Under the pieces are notes generated by a model. The model had not been told where the DNA came from, searched no databases, and saw only the letters and a program-made list of their open reading frames with translations. This document shows positions 1 through 11,089 of a stretch of 64,000 bases of DNA, in pieces. Location of the stretch: the NCBI GenBank assembly GCA_030867685.1, contig JAQOWU010000008.1, positions 4,464,001-4,528,000 of the forward strand, written 5' to 3'. Position numbers and translations under genes: made by a program. Positions within the stretch are counted from its first letter, which is position 1. Every line of letters begins with the position of its first letter. This DNA comes from Wickerhamiella versatilis (taxonomy: Eukaryota).

Positions 1-1234
1 ACGATATCAAGCTTTGAGCAACATTCTTATAGGATGGGCAGGTTGGCAGTCGGCTTGGGTCAGTACCTTTCACGAGCAGTGAGTCGTCAGCCAAGGCGAA
101 GTCACGCACATTTATGAAATCATCTGAAAGACGAGTAGGACGGCCCGTGGTCATAGAAATTTGACGATCTAGTATATAGGTACTCCAGAACAGTCGCCTT
201 GCCTCATCCTTATTCAAAGAATCGGTATAGTCAGCCCACATAGTCGAATCCTCATTGTGAAGACCAAGTTCAATACATAGTTGTATTGCCATACCACTTA
301 CATGCCACAAGCTCTGGCGTGCCGGCCGAGCTAATGAATACACACCTAGCATGAGTATTGCTTTTAACGCTTCCAACCTGTTGGGAGATCTAACCACAGT
401 ACCGTAGTAGTACATAGCCTGTTGGTGAAATTTTATACTTAAACTCGGATCCTCCAGCATAGATGTAGTAGATACTGCCATCATTTGAAGTATGAAATAT
501 AAAATACGTTGTTCTTGAACTGAAGCGGATGGAATCTCATTAAGATCTCTATCCTTGTAATCAAAATATATAGTCGAAGGTGGCGGATCACCTCCATGTC
601 TTCTTGGGAGCGCTAGATCAGTGTATTCAGAAGCAATTGGCAAATTGGGACTCAGAGGACCGTAGGTAGGCTCGAAATAAGTGTTGATGAATTCTTCTCT
701 GTTAAATATGGGAATATAGGTATTCTCGGCTTCAAAATATTTTTTCAAATGCCTCTCAGCAACTATCTTGGGCGGCAGTGAAAAAGAAATAGGCTCCCCG
801 ATAGGCTCCTCCTCAAAACTTTGCGGTGGCGCTCCCATCATAGGGCCTAAGAATTCGCTGGCGAGTAGCGAACTCTCAGATTCCTTCTTCTCAACGTAAT
901 TCTGCAGCTTGGATGATACTGCGTGCCAAAAACTAATACCCGAAGTAGCACCCCAGTATGATGCTGTTTTAACAATATTTCTGGGTCCACTGCGCCAGTA
1001 TTGGTGAGATACTAGTTTTTTTTCAAGCTCAAAAACACGCATTTCTAGCCGTGGTATATAGTCAACTGGCACTTTCTGCCCTGAAGAAATATCAGCAGTG
1101 CAACACTCTGTGTTCGCATGCTCGCAGTGTGTACACCTAGGAAGTTGGCGATCACAACGTATCTTTCGCAACCTGCACCTTTGGCATGCCTTCCTATTAG
1201 TATTAAGACGCCTTCCACCTGTCTCTATCTTCAT
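1..1234 (-). CDS. Zn(II)2Cys6 fungal transcription factor, Ppr1-like; runs off the left edge of the window (partial, not in the ORF track)
   Basis: Manual translation from ATG at 1234: MKIETGGRRLNTNRKACQRCRLRKIRCDRQLPRCTHCEHANTECCTADISSGQKVPVDYIPRLEMRVFELEKKL, i.e. CxxCx6Cx6CxxCx6C plus linker and coiled coil. Only the N-terminal part was translated in full. Confidence 0.88.
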   Translation of the reverse strand, partial: MKIETGGRRLNTNRKACQRCRLRKIRCDRQLPRCTHCEHANTECCTADISSGQKVPVDYIPRLEMRVFELEKKLVSHQYWRSGPRNIVKTASYWGATSGISFWHAVSSKLQNYVEKKESESSLLASEFLGPMMGAPPQSFEEEPIGEPISFSLPPKIVAERHLKKYFEAENTYIPIFNREEFINTYFEPTYGPLSPNLPIASEYTDLALPRRHGGDPPPSTIYFDYKDRDLNEIPSASVQEQRILYFILQMMAVSTTSMLEDPSLSIKFHQQAMYYYGTVVRSPNRLEALKAILMLGVYSLARPARQSLWHVSGMAIQLCIELGLHNEDSTMWADYTDSLNKDEARRLFWSTYILDRQISMTTGRPTRLSDDFINVRDFALADDSLLVKGTDPSRLPTCPSYKNVAQSLIS

Positions 1235-1446
1235 TCAGTAATTGCAGTACTCGCGAAAAGACGAGTTTCGTAATCGGGTATGGGTTAAGGTAGTCTAACT
1301 TAATACTATTTGTTACAAATAAAAGCTGCAAGCAAGCTGAAAAATAGGTAAATGTCACAATATCGCTATTTTGATTCAATAATAATAATCAGTGTAATTG
1401 ATTAAGTAGATTAGTTACAATTGAAAAATAATTTAACTTCATCCAG

Positions 1447-3186
1447 TCATACGCCGAGACTGATCAACTTGGCCAAAAACTCGTTCGGAACCTCAAGAAG
1501 CTTTAGCAAGTTATAAACACTGGGAATAGGCTCCTTCAACAATAGAAGAAGAGTCCAAACTTCGGACAGCAAAGCATTCCACTTCTGAACGTATTCAGAA
1601 GATAGCGATCCAACCTGTATCAGACGCCATAATGAATATACACCAGCCGTAGCTGCAAATGTAAGCAGACTGAGTGCAGCCCAGGTTACCGTAAGATCTT
1701 TTTGGTTGTGTAGTGAGCAGTATTCAGTTATGATGCCTTCACACGCGACAAGAACCGCTGTCAATTCTGAATCATCCGGCTCCGGCAGAAATTCTGAGAA
1801 TCCAGCGAGAAGTAAGATAGAATTGTGATAAATTATTCTTACCAAAGGAAGATTAATTGCACTCAAGTAGATAAGCTCTTGTCGATAAGCTTTGTGCAAC
1901 GCTTTTACTCTCAAAACATAGTGATTGCGAATTTCTATCAGTTCATCAATGGGGATTTCTAGTATTCTCGGCTTTTCGTAGAACATGTATTTTATCTCAT
2001 CTTGAATGCACAATATGTCAAGAAAATATTTAGTGGTTTTCACAGTGGACATTTCAACGGAAAACAAGTCGCAACCTGGCTCTTTTGGCCGGGGAAACAT
2101 GTATTTATGTGAAAATAAATCCTGGTTATTGATTCCGAGTTCGTGCATCAGCGAAGGTCTACCGAAGATGAACGAAACGAATTTGTCAAACAGGTAGCTA
2201 CAAAGTAGCACTCTACGTCTGTGTCGCCAATTAGTTCCACTTGAAGGCTTTTCTTTACCCATGACGTGTAAGCCTCTCTCGATACACATGTTCGTAATTA
2301 AACTGTTCAGCTGCCAGGCGCCTGGCCGAGTTGGCCGAGCCAATGAATATAAACCCAAGAATAGAAGAGCGGTGAACCATTCAAGAGTGTCTGCAGTATT
2401 AGAGACTGCTTGAAAATATAGTATTGCATGAGCATAGTATTTTTCACACTCATGATATTGCCTTATATCCCCGGCAGTCGTAATAGCCATAATCATTAAC
2501 AGATAATACAAGGAACCACGGCTTTTGGTGTCAGATGGATTAAAAAAAATGTCTTTTTCAGGATATCGGCTTGAATCTGATGCAAAATTGGGTGACAGGT
2601 GGTCATACCGAATGTTAGTGACTTCGGGGTACTTTGAAACAAGCAGGGAGTCTGGAGGTCCGTATATTGACATATAATGTTCTCCAATAAGAACATCTAA
2701 GTCTATACAGGGAAAATGCGGGTAAATTGTTTCTATGAATCTTATAAGCATTTTCTCTGTATCGAATTTTGCTGGAAGTCTTGGCAGTCTTGCCACGTTC
2801 TGAGAAGTGTGCCCCAAATATTTTTCAAATTTTGGAATGGTAGACTGAGGCACTTCTAAGCTCCTGGACCATAACCTGGAACATATCAAGCGCGCAATCT
2901 GTGGTCCAGAACAACGGCCCCATAACGAAATATCAACTTCATCTGAAGGCATTAAGTTAGGAAACCCACATAATGTCAGCTCCCTTTCAATATTTTGAGC
3001 GCGTTGCTCAAGTCTTTCTACGTAGTCGCGAGGTATAGCTTTTCCAGTCACTGGGTGAGATATCTCACAATTAACGCCCATCAATGCGCAGTTGGAACAC
3101 TTTTTCACCTTCCAATCACACTTTATTCGGTGATGACGGCATCTGAGACAGGCAAACTTGCTACGCTGGCCTTGAGCTCGGTCCAT
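1447..3186 (-). CDS. Zn(II)2Cys6 fungal transcription factor with fungal-specific TF middle domain, Ppr1-like
   Basis: N-terminal CLRCRHHRIKCDWKVKKCSNCALMGVNC; 'HPVTGKAIPRDYVERLE' linker as in Ppr1; middle-homology region (YSLARPTRPGAW...GLH...RRRV..C.YLFDK.VS.IFGRP). Confidence 0.92.
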   Translation of the reverse strand: MDRAQGQRSKFACLRCRHHRIKCDWKVKKCSNCALMGVNCEISHPVTGKAIPRDYVERLEQRAQNIERELTLCGFPNLMPSDEVDISLWGRCSGPQIARLICSRLWSRSLEVPQSTIPKFEKYLGHTSQNVARLPRLPAKFDTEKMLIRFIETIYPHFPCIDLDVLIGEHYMSIYGPPDSLLVSKYPEVTNIRYDHLSPNFASDSSRYPEKDIFFNPSDTKSRGSLYYLLMIMAITTAGDIRQYHECEKYYAHAILYFQAVSNTADTLEWFTALLFLGLYSLARPTRPGAWQLNSLITNMCIERGLHVMGKEKPSSGTNWRHRRRVLLCSYLFDKFVSFIFGRPSLMHELGINNQDLFSHKYMFPRPKEPGCDLFSVEMSTVKTTKYFLDILCIQDEIKYMFYEKPRILEIPIDELIEIRNHYVLRVKALHKAYRQELIYLSAINLPLVRIIYHNSILLLAGFSEFLPEPDDSELTAVLVACEGIITEYCSLHNQKDLTVTWAALSLLTFAATAGVYSLWRLIQVGSLSSEYVQKWNALLSEVWTLLLLLKEPIPSVYNLLKLLEVPNEFLAKLISLGV

Positions 3187-4539
3187 ATATCCACTGACAA
3201 AAAATGTTATGACTACTAACCAGAAATATGCACAGCCTGCCTAAGCTACCACATTATCCAACCCGTACAACATTGCAGCCCACACCTTTCGTATCAGAAT
3301 AAAACCTGTTCTCTTTGATACCTAATTCAAATGCAGGAGCTTGAGCCATTCATGTACAAATTCATCTATTCCATCACCCACCGTCAGGCTGTGAGGGTAA
3401 GGTGAGGGTGAGGTCCGATCAGTGTGACTTCCATACAGTATTTGTCATCGTTTTTTTCCAAATGCAGTTTGTGTATCTGATACGCGTCAACGTCAATAAT
3501 TCTAATCTATTGTGAGCTCTAGATATACCACAGGCTGTAATATTCATTTTATGATAGCTTGGCTGTAAACAAAACAACTTTCTTTTGTTTATCCTTTGGA
3601 TGTCAGCGGAGAAATATTACATTTGCTGAGGTAATTGAGTCTCCTGCAGCTGTTATCTGTCATCACATTTCTCGGGAAGTCCCGATTTACTATTTACTGG
3701 CACTCAGAGGCGGTAAAATAATAGGGATGAGGCTATCTTGGTGTACTCAATGACAAACTCAATCTTGGAGGTGGAAGCTGTCTCTGATCGAGGCCCAAAT
3801 CAGCTTCAGAAATTTCTTCCCGTATTGGTCCCGATGGTTGATCATGACTATGTGGCCAGCGTCACGCAGACAATTTGTGAGTTTTTAAGATTCTGTATCT
3901 GCTAAAGATATTATTCCTATTTTTCAAGAGAAAACCTTAATCTATACACGAAGCGCTGTTTTACCTAACAACAGAACACGTAACCCTTTCCGCTTTTCTG
4001 AATACGATAGGTACTCCACCTATCCTCATGCTGCTGTCCGGGCCATATCTGCTGGATATCATCATACGAGCGTAATTAATTCGCACAATCGTGTATCTCC
4101 TGGACACCTACACTTGTTTACAAACTGAATTTTTTGAAGAAGGTTAGGTAAATTTCGCTTGCTGCATGATCGACAAATAGCCCAGGGTCATGCGCTGCAC
4201 CTGTCCTTTTTACCCACGGAGGTGAATACAACAAGGCAATTTGTCAATGCAATGTTTTGTTAAGGACCGTGTCGAAGGCATGTAAGTATAGAAAACCTGG
4301 GAATAAGCCGATTTTAGCCAGTCCCAATAATGATATGATAATAACTACAATACAAGCCAACAAGCGTTGTCTTGACCATTACTCAAAATAGGCAAGACAG
4401 GTACTGCCACAAAACGAATGAATCGCCAATAAGAATACTCTGTGATTAATAGGTAAATACGATACATACACTTAGGTTCCCCCTTCACTTCGGGATACGT
4501 CTATTACCAACTCGAAAATTCACTAAGTGGGTACCCTCT

Positions 4540-5592
4540 CTAAAGTGTCCATTTCTGGACCTCTCCGGTTCCCCGGAGAAGGAAGAAGCTAGAATCGTCA
4601 TTAGCTAAGAGGCCGTTCCACATCGAGTGGTCGCCAGCAGTCTTCATGGCACTCCACGAATCTTTCAAAGCAGGCTTGGATAGCGGCTTGGTAACGAGAC
4701 GGACCGCGAAATCGTCACTATCCTTGCGCTGTCCCGGGTGTACATTGGATTGGAAACTTACAACGTGATTGTCTCCAACCTTGACAATTTGGGGCGCTCC
4801 CACTTTGAAGTTGTTGACATCGGGAACATGAACTTGTTGGCGATTTCCCCAGGTCTTGCCCCCATCCGATGACTGGACAGATCCAATATAACTATTATCA
4901 CCATCCAGCGATTCAAAAACCGCAATAAGATTGTTCGCGTTATCGTCATACTGCGCAACACCAATCATTCCGTCGCGGCGGCGGGAGCCATCACCATCAC
5001 TGACAACAATCGGGGGGTTCGACCAGTTCTTGCCTCCATCTGAAGACGTTATCAAGAGATTCTGCTGAACACCTTTATTTAACTCATGTGAATAATAGAG
5101 CTGAATGCTCCCGTCGGACCCTGTTCTTAGGAATGGCTCCCAGTCACCGATTTCCTCGTTATCACTATTGTTGACGACAGCATCCGCCAGATGATTCCAA
5201 TTGGTACCATCGTATTCACTTATGGTAATTCTCCATACCTTATTGTTACCCTGATTTGGTCCATGATTGCGATAAGCAACCAGAGTTTTGCCATCAGGTG
5301 TTTGATAAGGAAAGCCATTGCCCACCTGCTCACCGGGTTCAGCCGAAGCCACACTTCCTGATGGCCACCAAACCGCAGCATCAGAAGATTTGAACACACT
5401 GATCGTGCCAGCACCATTGGTCGCAAGGTAGGAATTATCTTTCAACTTGGTTGCCCGCGGGTAGTTACCACCAGTTGTGATCAGGCCATGAGGAAAAGGC
5501 TGCTGGGTCAACTCCCTTTTTTCCAAAGAGACGGGGAGACCCGTGACCAGGTTTAGAGCTGCTGTGAGCGAAAAAATGTTCAGAAATTTCAT
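4540..5592 (-). CDS. Secreted BNR/Asp-box beta-propeller glycoside hydrolase (GH93/sialidase-like)
   Basis: Start moved to ATG 5592 (MKFLNIFSLTAALNLVTGLPVSLEKR = signal peptide plus Kex2 site). Two Asp boxes (SSDGGKNW, SSDGGKTW); WEPF and RDGM motifs typical of fungal BNR-repeat hydrolases. Confidence 0.8.
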   Translation of the reverse strand: MKFLNIFSLTAALNLVTGLPVSLEKRELTQQPFPHGLITTGGNYPRATKLKDNSYLATNGAGTISVFKSSDAAVWWPSGSVASAEPGEQVGNGFPYQTPDGKTLVAYRNHGPNQGNNKVWRITISEYDGTNWNHLADAVVNNSDNEEIGDWEPFLRTGSDGSIQLYYSHELNKGVQQNLLITSSDGGKNWSNPPIVVSDGDGSRRRDGMIGVAQYDDNANNLIAVFESLDGDNSYIGSVQSSDGGKTWGNRQQVHVPDVNNFKVGAPQIVKVGDNHVVSFQSNVHPGQRKDSDDFAVRLVTKPLSKPALKDSWSAMKTAGDHSMWNGLLANDDSSFFLLRGTGEVQKWTL

Positions 5593-6112
5593 TAGCTTGT
5601 CGTGATCGATACCAGATAGTTCAGAGATGCGTCTGATTGCGTGAAACAGAAATATAAGTAGATGATAGCTGAGGCTATTTAAGCGAGCAATAGTAAGACA
5701 CCGAACCAATTAGGAATTAAGATTGGGCTAGGTCAATCACATGGTCAACACCGACGAGGGCGAAGCGCGCATGGTGCTTCGATAACGCAAAGTTCTGCAG
5801 TGAACAGAAAACTAGAACCTATATTTTAAAGCAAATATTTCAATATATCTGCGATGAATCTTGCTAACCGGCTCAGTCGCCATATCGCTGCAAGCAGCGA
5901 ACTTCTGGTAATCCCTGACAAAGCGGTTAACTCCGCAGCGGATCTTCCCGTCCCTTTCCCCGCGAAGCGTGGTCCTACATTATGCATATGCGGTATCATG
6001 TATTAGTAGCAGCTGCATACCAAACACTATGTCATTGTGCAGCATACGACTATTGCGGGATGAACATTGCTTAGCGGACAAATGCCGATTGAGCAAGTTT
6101 TGGTACGACCAC

Positions 6113-6145
6113 CTGAGACTGGTCGGACAATGCGAGATAGCCCAC
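6113..6145 (+). repeat. Dispersed ~33-bp repeat, full-length copy
   Basis: CTGAGACTGGTCGGACAATGCGAGATAGCCCAC; near-identical to 41914-41945. Confidence 0.8.
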
Positions 6146-6232
6146 GTTTTTATATCAAGCGTCGAGAAGCGGTACAGGAGTGGTATTAGCAGTAGAACAG
6201 GTATTAGAATATTATTCTCTATGGAAAAAGAC

Positions 6233-7003
6233 CTACAGCTGCTGCAGTTGTGCAGCTACATCGCTAAATTGGTTTTTGTATTTGTTGGCAAACCCCAGCA
6301 CATCGTTCAACTGACTGTTATCACTATGGTCATGTGACGAGAAAGGTGTGATCACCTGAGAAAGGGTATCTAATATTGACGCAGTACTGTTGTCGGCACT
6401 ACCTAATGAGTGGGCGAGATTCCTGAACTGATCGCCCGAGTTACTACCTGAGGTATGCTGGCTGACTTTGGTGAAAATGTCAGACGATTGCAGGAGCCCC
6501 TCTGCATTGGCTGAGGTAGAATTTCCTCCTCCACCAAAGATTCCGCCTAAGATCTTTCCCGCAACATCCTGAATCTCGCCCACGATGTCTGCGGGTAGGG
6601 CCAGAGAGGCGGATGCAATACATTGTACATCATTATTCTGTATGGCCTGCGTCCATCCACCAACATATGCCTTGGCAAAATCGGCCAACTCATTAGTGAC
6701 CTTCTCCAACTCTGGGCCCAGATTGGTTATATCCCCAATCAGGCCAGTCGCACAACCCGCAAGATCTTCGACTATATTTGGGCAGTCTTTGACAATTTCG
6801 GCTGAAAGTTTGGAGATGTCGGGTCCAACACTGGTAATCTCACCGGAAACACTTTGTAATTCCTTAAGGGTAACTTTCGTAACGTCCTGTGCTGCGCCAA
6901 TGATGGCTGCAGCGTCGGTTGGGTTACAATTGCTGGGCGCTCTTTTAACGGGCAGAGCCGCGACAGAGTTCAGGACGAGGCAGTACAGAACGGCTGGAAG
7001 CAT
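6233..7003 (-). CDS. Secreted Cys-patterned amphipathic helical protein, paralog 1 of 4 (function unknown)
   Basis: Signal peptide, LPVKR Kex2 site, mature Cys at 26/74/84/128; clear similarity to 9389..10087. Confidence 0.82.
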   Translation of the reverse strand: MLPAVLYCLVLNSVAALPVKRAPSNCNPTDAAAIIGAAQDVTKVTLKELQSVSGEITSVGPDISKLSAEIVKDCPNIVEDLAGCATGLIGDITNLGPELEKVTNELADFAKAYVGGWTQAIQNNDVQCIASASLALPADIVGEIQDVAGKILGGIFGGGGNSTSANAEGLLQSSDIFTKVSQHTSGSNSGDQFRNLAHSLGSADNSTASILDTLSQVITPFSSHDHSDNSQLNDVLGFANKYKNQFSDVAAQLQQL

Positions 7004-7247
7004 TGGAGGTATTTCTGGTCAACGAAAAGTCAGCCTACCTATTTATATATAGCTTGGTGGTCTTGCATGCATGACATACTGACTACGAAAACCAAACCAG
7101 GGAAACCCTACATTTGCCCTATCCACGCTATACGCGGGTAGGCCCGAAGCGAGGCCTCGAACCAGCAGGAGCCATAGCATAGCTGAGATTGAGATCACCT
7201 AGCGAAAAAAAATATTAGCTGGCTAATTGTGATTATCAATATAGGTA

Positions 7248-7922
7248 TTAAAGCAATGAGCTCAGAGTGCTCTTAAGGTTGCTGAAAGCGGATCCAACGT
7301 CGTCGATTTGAGCTCCAAAAGCATTATTGATGGGAGAAACCGATTTCATGGAGTTAAGTTCATTGACAAGAGGCTGAACTCCGTCGGTGATATTTTGCGA
7401 GAGCGAGGAGATCGGCGACTTTACCTCATTATGCTGTGGCCCCGGAATTTTCGACAAAAGAAGCTTGATTATTTGCTTGACCAGCTGCTCGTCGGCGTCT
7501 AAGAGCTTTTTCAACTCGTCGAGGAATGGCGAGAACAGGGGCTCTAGGTCCTTAAGAGACTGACTTACAAACCCAGCACCGTCCTCCGCGATACAGCCCC
7601 ACGGAACGCCTTCAACGCTAGATACTAAATCGGAGAATAGCCCCGTTCCGTCGCCGACAAGGCCCGTGACGTCACTGAATACGCCACCTGATTGCAAGAG
7701 TTGGACAATGCAGGTACCAACATTGTCGGAGAAGCACGCAGAGTCGCCTGTTGCAATTCCTACGATATCTGCAATATACTTCACAATGTCGGTGATCTGG
7801 GGCAGAGACTTCTGGACGTTATTTTCAACGTCGCCGACGAGCTTCTTGATGGTGTCCTCTGGCGGACAGGAGTTGTCGGCAGCCCTGCACAGAGCAATAC
7901 AAAGAATAGTGAAATATCTCAT
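7248..7922 (-). CDS. Secreted Cys-patterned amphipathic helical protein, paralog 2 of 4
   Basis: Short signal peptide, Cys at 19/63/71/110, 'VPWGC' matching 'VDWNC' of paralog 4. Confidence 0.8.
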   Translation of the reverse strand: MRYFTILCIALCRAADNSCPPEDTIKKLVGDVENNVQKSLPQITDIVKYIADIVGIATGDSACFSDNVGTCIVQLLQSGGVFSDVTGLVGDGTGLFSDLVSSVEGVPWGCIAEDGAGFVSQSLKDLEPLFSPFLDELKKLLDADEQLVKQIIKLLLSKIPGPQHNEVKSPISSLSQNITDGVQPLVNELNSMKSVSPINNAFGAQIDDVGSAFSNLKSTLSSLL

Positions 7923-8436
7923 GAAATCTAGAGACCCGAACGGATTTTTTTACTAATATATTGTCGCTATAAGACTGATTATAACTCAAAAGCTTAGGGT
8001 TTTGCAGATCTTCATCGGCGTTGGACCGATCGGTAATAATAGACCAAATAAATTACGATTCATAATTAGAACCTGTGTCAAATGCGTATTAAATCTTGCT
8101 GCAGTCGCCACTTACATGGACGTTCTGGGTCATGTTGCACATTCCAGTGTCAACTAAGGTAAGGGTTGAGGTACGGGTACAAAGCGCAGATCACATAAAG
8201 TGTTAATTGGGAACACGTGTTGACGGCTGTAACAGGGCGGTTTTCGTATCTTGGAAGGTATCACAGCTGATATAATTCCACGCAACTTATAGATCGAGGG
8301 CCTACCTTGGTGTGGACCCTTCACCCACACGGACCGGGGGCGGTGATCCTTGCTGTCATGTAATGATTCGCAGAATTTATATAATCACCTTTCTGCATAA
8401 CGGCATCTGGCTGCCATCTAATCTTTTCTTTGCAAC

Positions 8437-9159
8437 ATGCTAAGCAATATTGCTCGTTGGAGTCTGTTCGTATCCCTTATTGCCACGACCGCGGTAGCGT
8501 TTCCAGTGGTTGCAAGTGATGAGGTTAAGCGTGATTCCTGCAATGTTATCGGCTCCCTGGGGGGCATCGTCGAACAACTAATAGGTGACCTGAACCAGGT
8601 CGTGCCACTGGTCACTGATATTGGAAAGGATCTTACCACTGTAGCTAACACCCTATTTTCCGATAATGGTTGTGGAACTGCTGTAGTCTCCTGTATCTCG
8701 ACCATCGTAGATGGTGGTGAGACCTGTGGCTCCCTTGCGGCTTGCACATCCTTGATAGGGAACACTGGATTTATTTCAGTCCTTGCCGATGTTGTATCTA
8801 AAGCTTCTCAAGTGGCTGGGGATGCTTTGCAGTTGACCGGAAAAATCCCTGCCTCCTGTGTATCTGACGCTGCAATTTCGGCTGTTTGGCCCGTACTTGA
8901 TTTGACGGTAAAGCAGGTCACGGGATTTGGTAATGGCATCATCCATATTATTTCCTCTGCCGAGAAAAGTCAAATTTCTTTGGCCAACACGGGTTTCAAA
9001 ATATTCGTGGACCAGAGCACTAACATCGTCGAGGATACGGTAGAGATTGCTAAGCCACTTGTCTCTCACGCCCCGTTCTTCAATGCCACTCTGGTCGATT
9101 CTCTGAACGACCTCGAATCCGTTCTTAACACATTGAAGAATGTGACAAACAGTATATAG
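8437..9159 (+). CDS. Secreted Cys-patterned amphipathic helical protein, paralog 3 of 4 (one extra Cys pair)
   Basis: Signal peptide, EVKR Kex2 site, Cys at 35/79/86/97/103/141. Confidence 0.8.
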   Translation: MLSNIARWSLFVSLIATTAVAFPVVASDEVKRDSCNVIGSLGGIVEQLIGDLNQVVPLVTDIGKDLTTVANTLFSDNGCGTAVVSCISTIVDGGETCGSLAACTSLIGNTGFISVLADVVSKASQVAGDALQLTGKIPASCVSDAAISAVWPVLDLTVKQVTGFGNGIIHIISSAEKSQISLANTGFKIFVDQSTNIVEDTVEIAKPLVSHAPFFNATLVDSLNDLESVLNTLKNVTNSI

Positions 9160-9388
9160 TCAATCCATAATTTGTAATAGTTTTGTAACTTGAATACATT
9201 CCTTTGACGAATTTCCTGCTAGCTTAACTAGCTAAGTTGGCGAAGTTTCTGCATGCCTGTGCGTGATGATTGCCTTCAACCATGCCGAAACTGGCTGGCC
9301 TGGGCTACTGTTGTACATATTCTTGGAAACTATGGTGGTACAAGCGGGTAAATCAATAAAGATTACGGCATTCCTAAACAAATACAGT

Positions 9389-10087
9389 TTACAACAGCTT
9401 TTGAGCCGCAGCACTAAGCGAAGAACTCTGGCTTTCAAGCGGTCCAATAAAAGAATCAAGCGGCGTTCCATGTCCACCAGAGCTGAGGGGTTTCAAGAAG
9501 TCATTAAGAACGGTATCAATTATGTTCAGCGTCTGATTGTCATTCCCGTGCAGGGTCCTTGCTGTATCCTTGACCTGGTCGGTGGGATTGACTGTCTTTA
9601 GTGCCGACACTAAATTAGAGCTTTGCTCAAGATTGAATCCAGCTGGAATGAGGGCACCAAGTATGACCTTTGCCTCGTCGACCCAGGCCGAAACTTGACT
9701 GGCCGGGTCACCAATCGCGCCGTTGATTCCCTGGCCAACACAGTTCCAATCGACTTCGCTCACACCCTGGCTGAACTCATTCCAAAGAGCACCCAGATCT
9801 TTTGAAATTTCTTCAAAGTCAACGCTATATTTCTGATCGGTCGTTACTTTCTGGAAACAATCCGCGAGATCAGTTATCGGGCAGTCTTGACCTAGCAACT
9901 GGGTGATTCTCGTGATCTTTGCAACAAGGTCATTCGCAGGCCCAGCAGCATTTTTCCAGTGCTTGTTCACATCGGAAGTGACTTGCTGAATCGCCTGCTG
10001 AGGGTTGCAATCAGCACGTTTCAATGGCAGTGCCCACGATGATGAAAGCAGCAGAGAGACAAGAATAAGACCGCGTGTCTGTGCCAT
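9389..10087 (-). CDS. Secreted Cys-patterned amphipathic helical protein, paralog 4 of 4
   Basis: Signal peptide, LPLKR Kex2 site, Cys at 27/69/77/116. Confidence 0.82.
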   Translation of the reverse strand: MAQTRGLILVSLLLSSSWALPLKRADCNPQQAIQQVTSDVNKHWKNAAGPANDLVAKITRITQLLGQDCPITDLADCFQKVTTDQKYSVDFEEISKDLGALWNEFSQGVSEVDWNCVGQGINGAIGDPASQVSAWVDEAKVILGALIPAGFNLEQSSNLVSALKTVNPTDQVKDTARTLHGNDNQTLNIIDTVLNDFLKPLSSGGHGTPLDSFIGPLESQSSSLSAAAQKLL

Positions 10088-11089
10088 ATTGCTCTATGCA
10101 AGGTGGGCTATTGATGGGGAGTTAACGCTTTTATATGTCCTAATCAACGAATCTCAAGCCCTAAGCCTAATCTGGCACCCTGACATTAATTCGTCCGCCG
10201 CAGAACGACAGCGCGGTGGGCGCCGCACCTTTGCATACATTAAAGAGCCGATTGAAACACGAAAATCAGCAACTCGCCTGGGCAATAAACTATTCAAATT
10301 GCTGGTCACGAAAGACGCCAAATTACTATTGTAGCGTGGATTATTAATGCGGAGGAGTCTAACACCGAGGTATGTCGAAAAACCCTACGATTAGCCCATC
10401 TCACCTTGACATTCCTGTGGCAGACCAAGTTCAGTTCCGGTTGTGGTTCGGATTCTGGCCTCCACAACTAAATATGCTGCTTCGCTGCGAAGTTTCAATA
10501 CGATACGGGTTAGGGTCGGTTGTGCCCGCGGCTCTGCAGGCCCATAAACATTATGCCATATGCACTGAGTAAACAGGGTTCGAGTGCATGCATGGCTGCA
10601 ATACCAGCCCGCATGTACCTAGCTGGCCAGGGCACTGTGGTGGAGGAACCGCGTTGAGCCGCAAATACCTGAGTATGAAAGCGACTACAGCAGCCACAGT
10701 GTGACGTAGATATACCAGTGCTATAGTTAGCAATAATCAATTTTTTTGATGCACAAATAGCAACTACACGTAGTCTAAGTCTACTGCCTCCAGTAGTAAC
10801 ACCCCTACCCTATAATGCTAGCCTTTGCAGCAAAGACTCCCACAATAGCGGCTCAGACACTATACTACCGTGCTAGGCTAAATAATATGAAGTTAAGGGG
10901 ATGCTCTAACCAAGCAAGTTAAGTAGACTCTTTTCAGTACGGTGGTTCCATTGGTCCCTAGGCTTAGGGTCGCGCTATCCCGCACTGCGACATGTGACTA
11001 AGATTTAGAAATGCCAGGGTACGGTTTGTTCCTGAAAAGCGTTTGCATAAATACATGTCTGATAGACAATTTGGGCCCTCCATTCAGAC

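Noticed and set aside
3391-3414. GTGAGGGTAAGGTGAGGGTGAGGT and scattered TTAGGG-like words as interstitial telomere repeats
   Set aside because: Short and imperfect, with no tandem array; the species' telomere unit is unknown.
5593-5709. N-terminal extensions in the ORF track (also 15333-15425, 24117-24287, 51967-52023)
   Set aside because: They begin at TTG/GTG-type codons, precede obvious signal peptides or domain starts, and in some cases contain TATA or TF sites.
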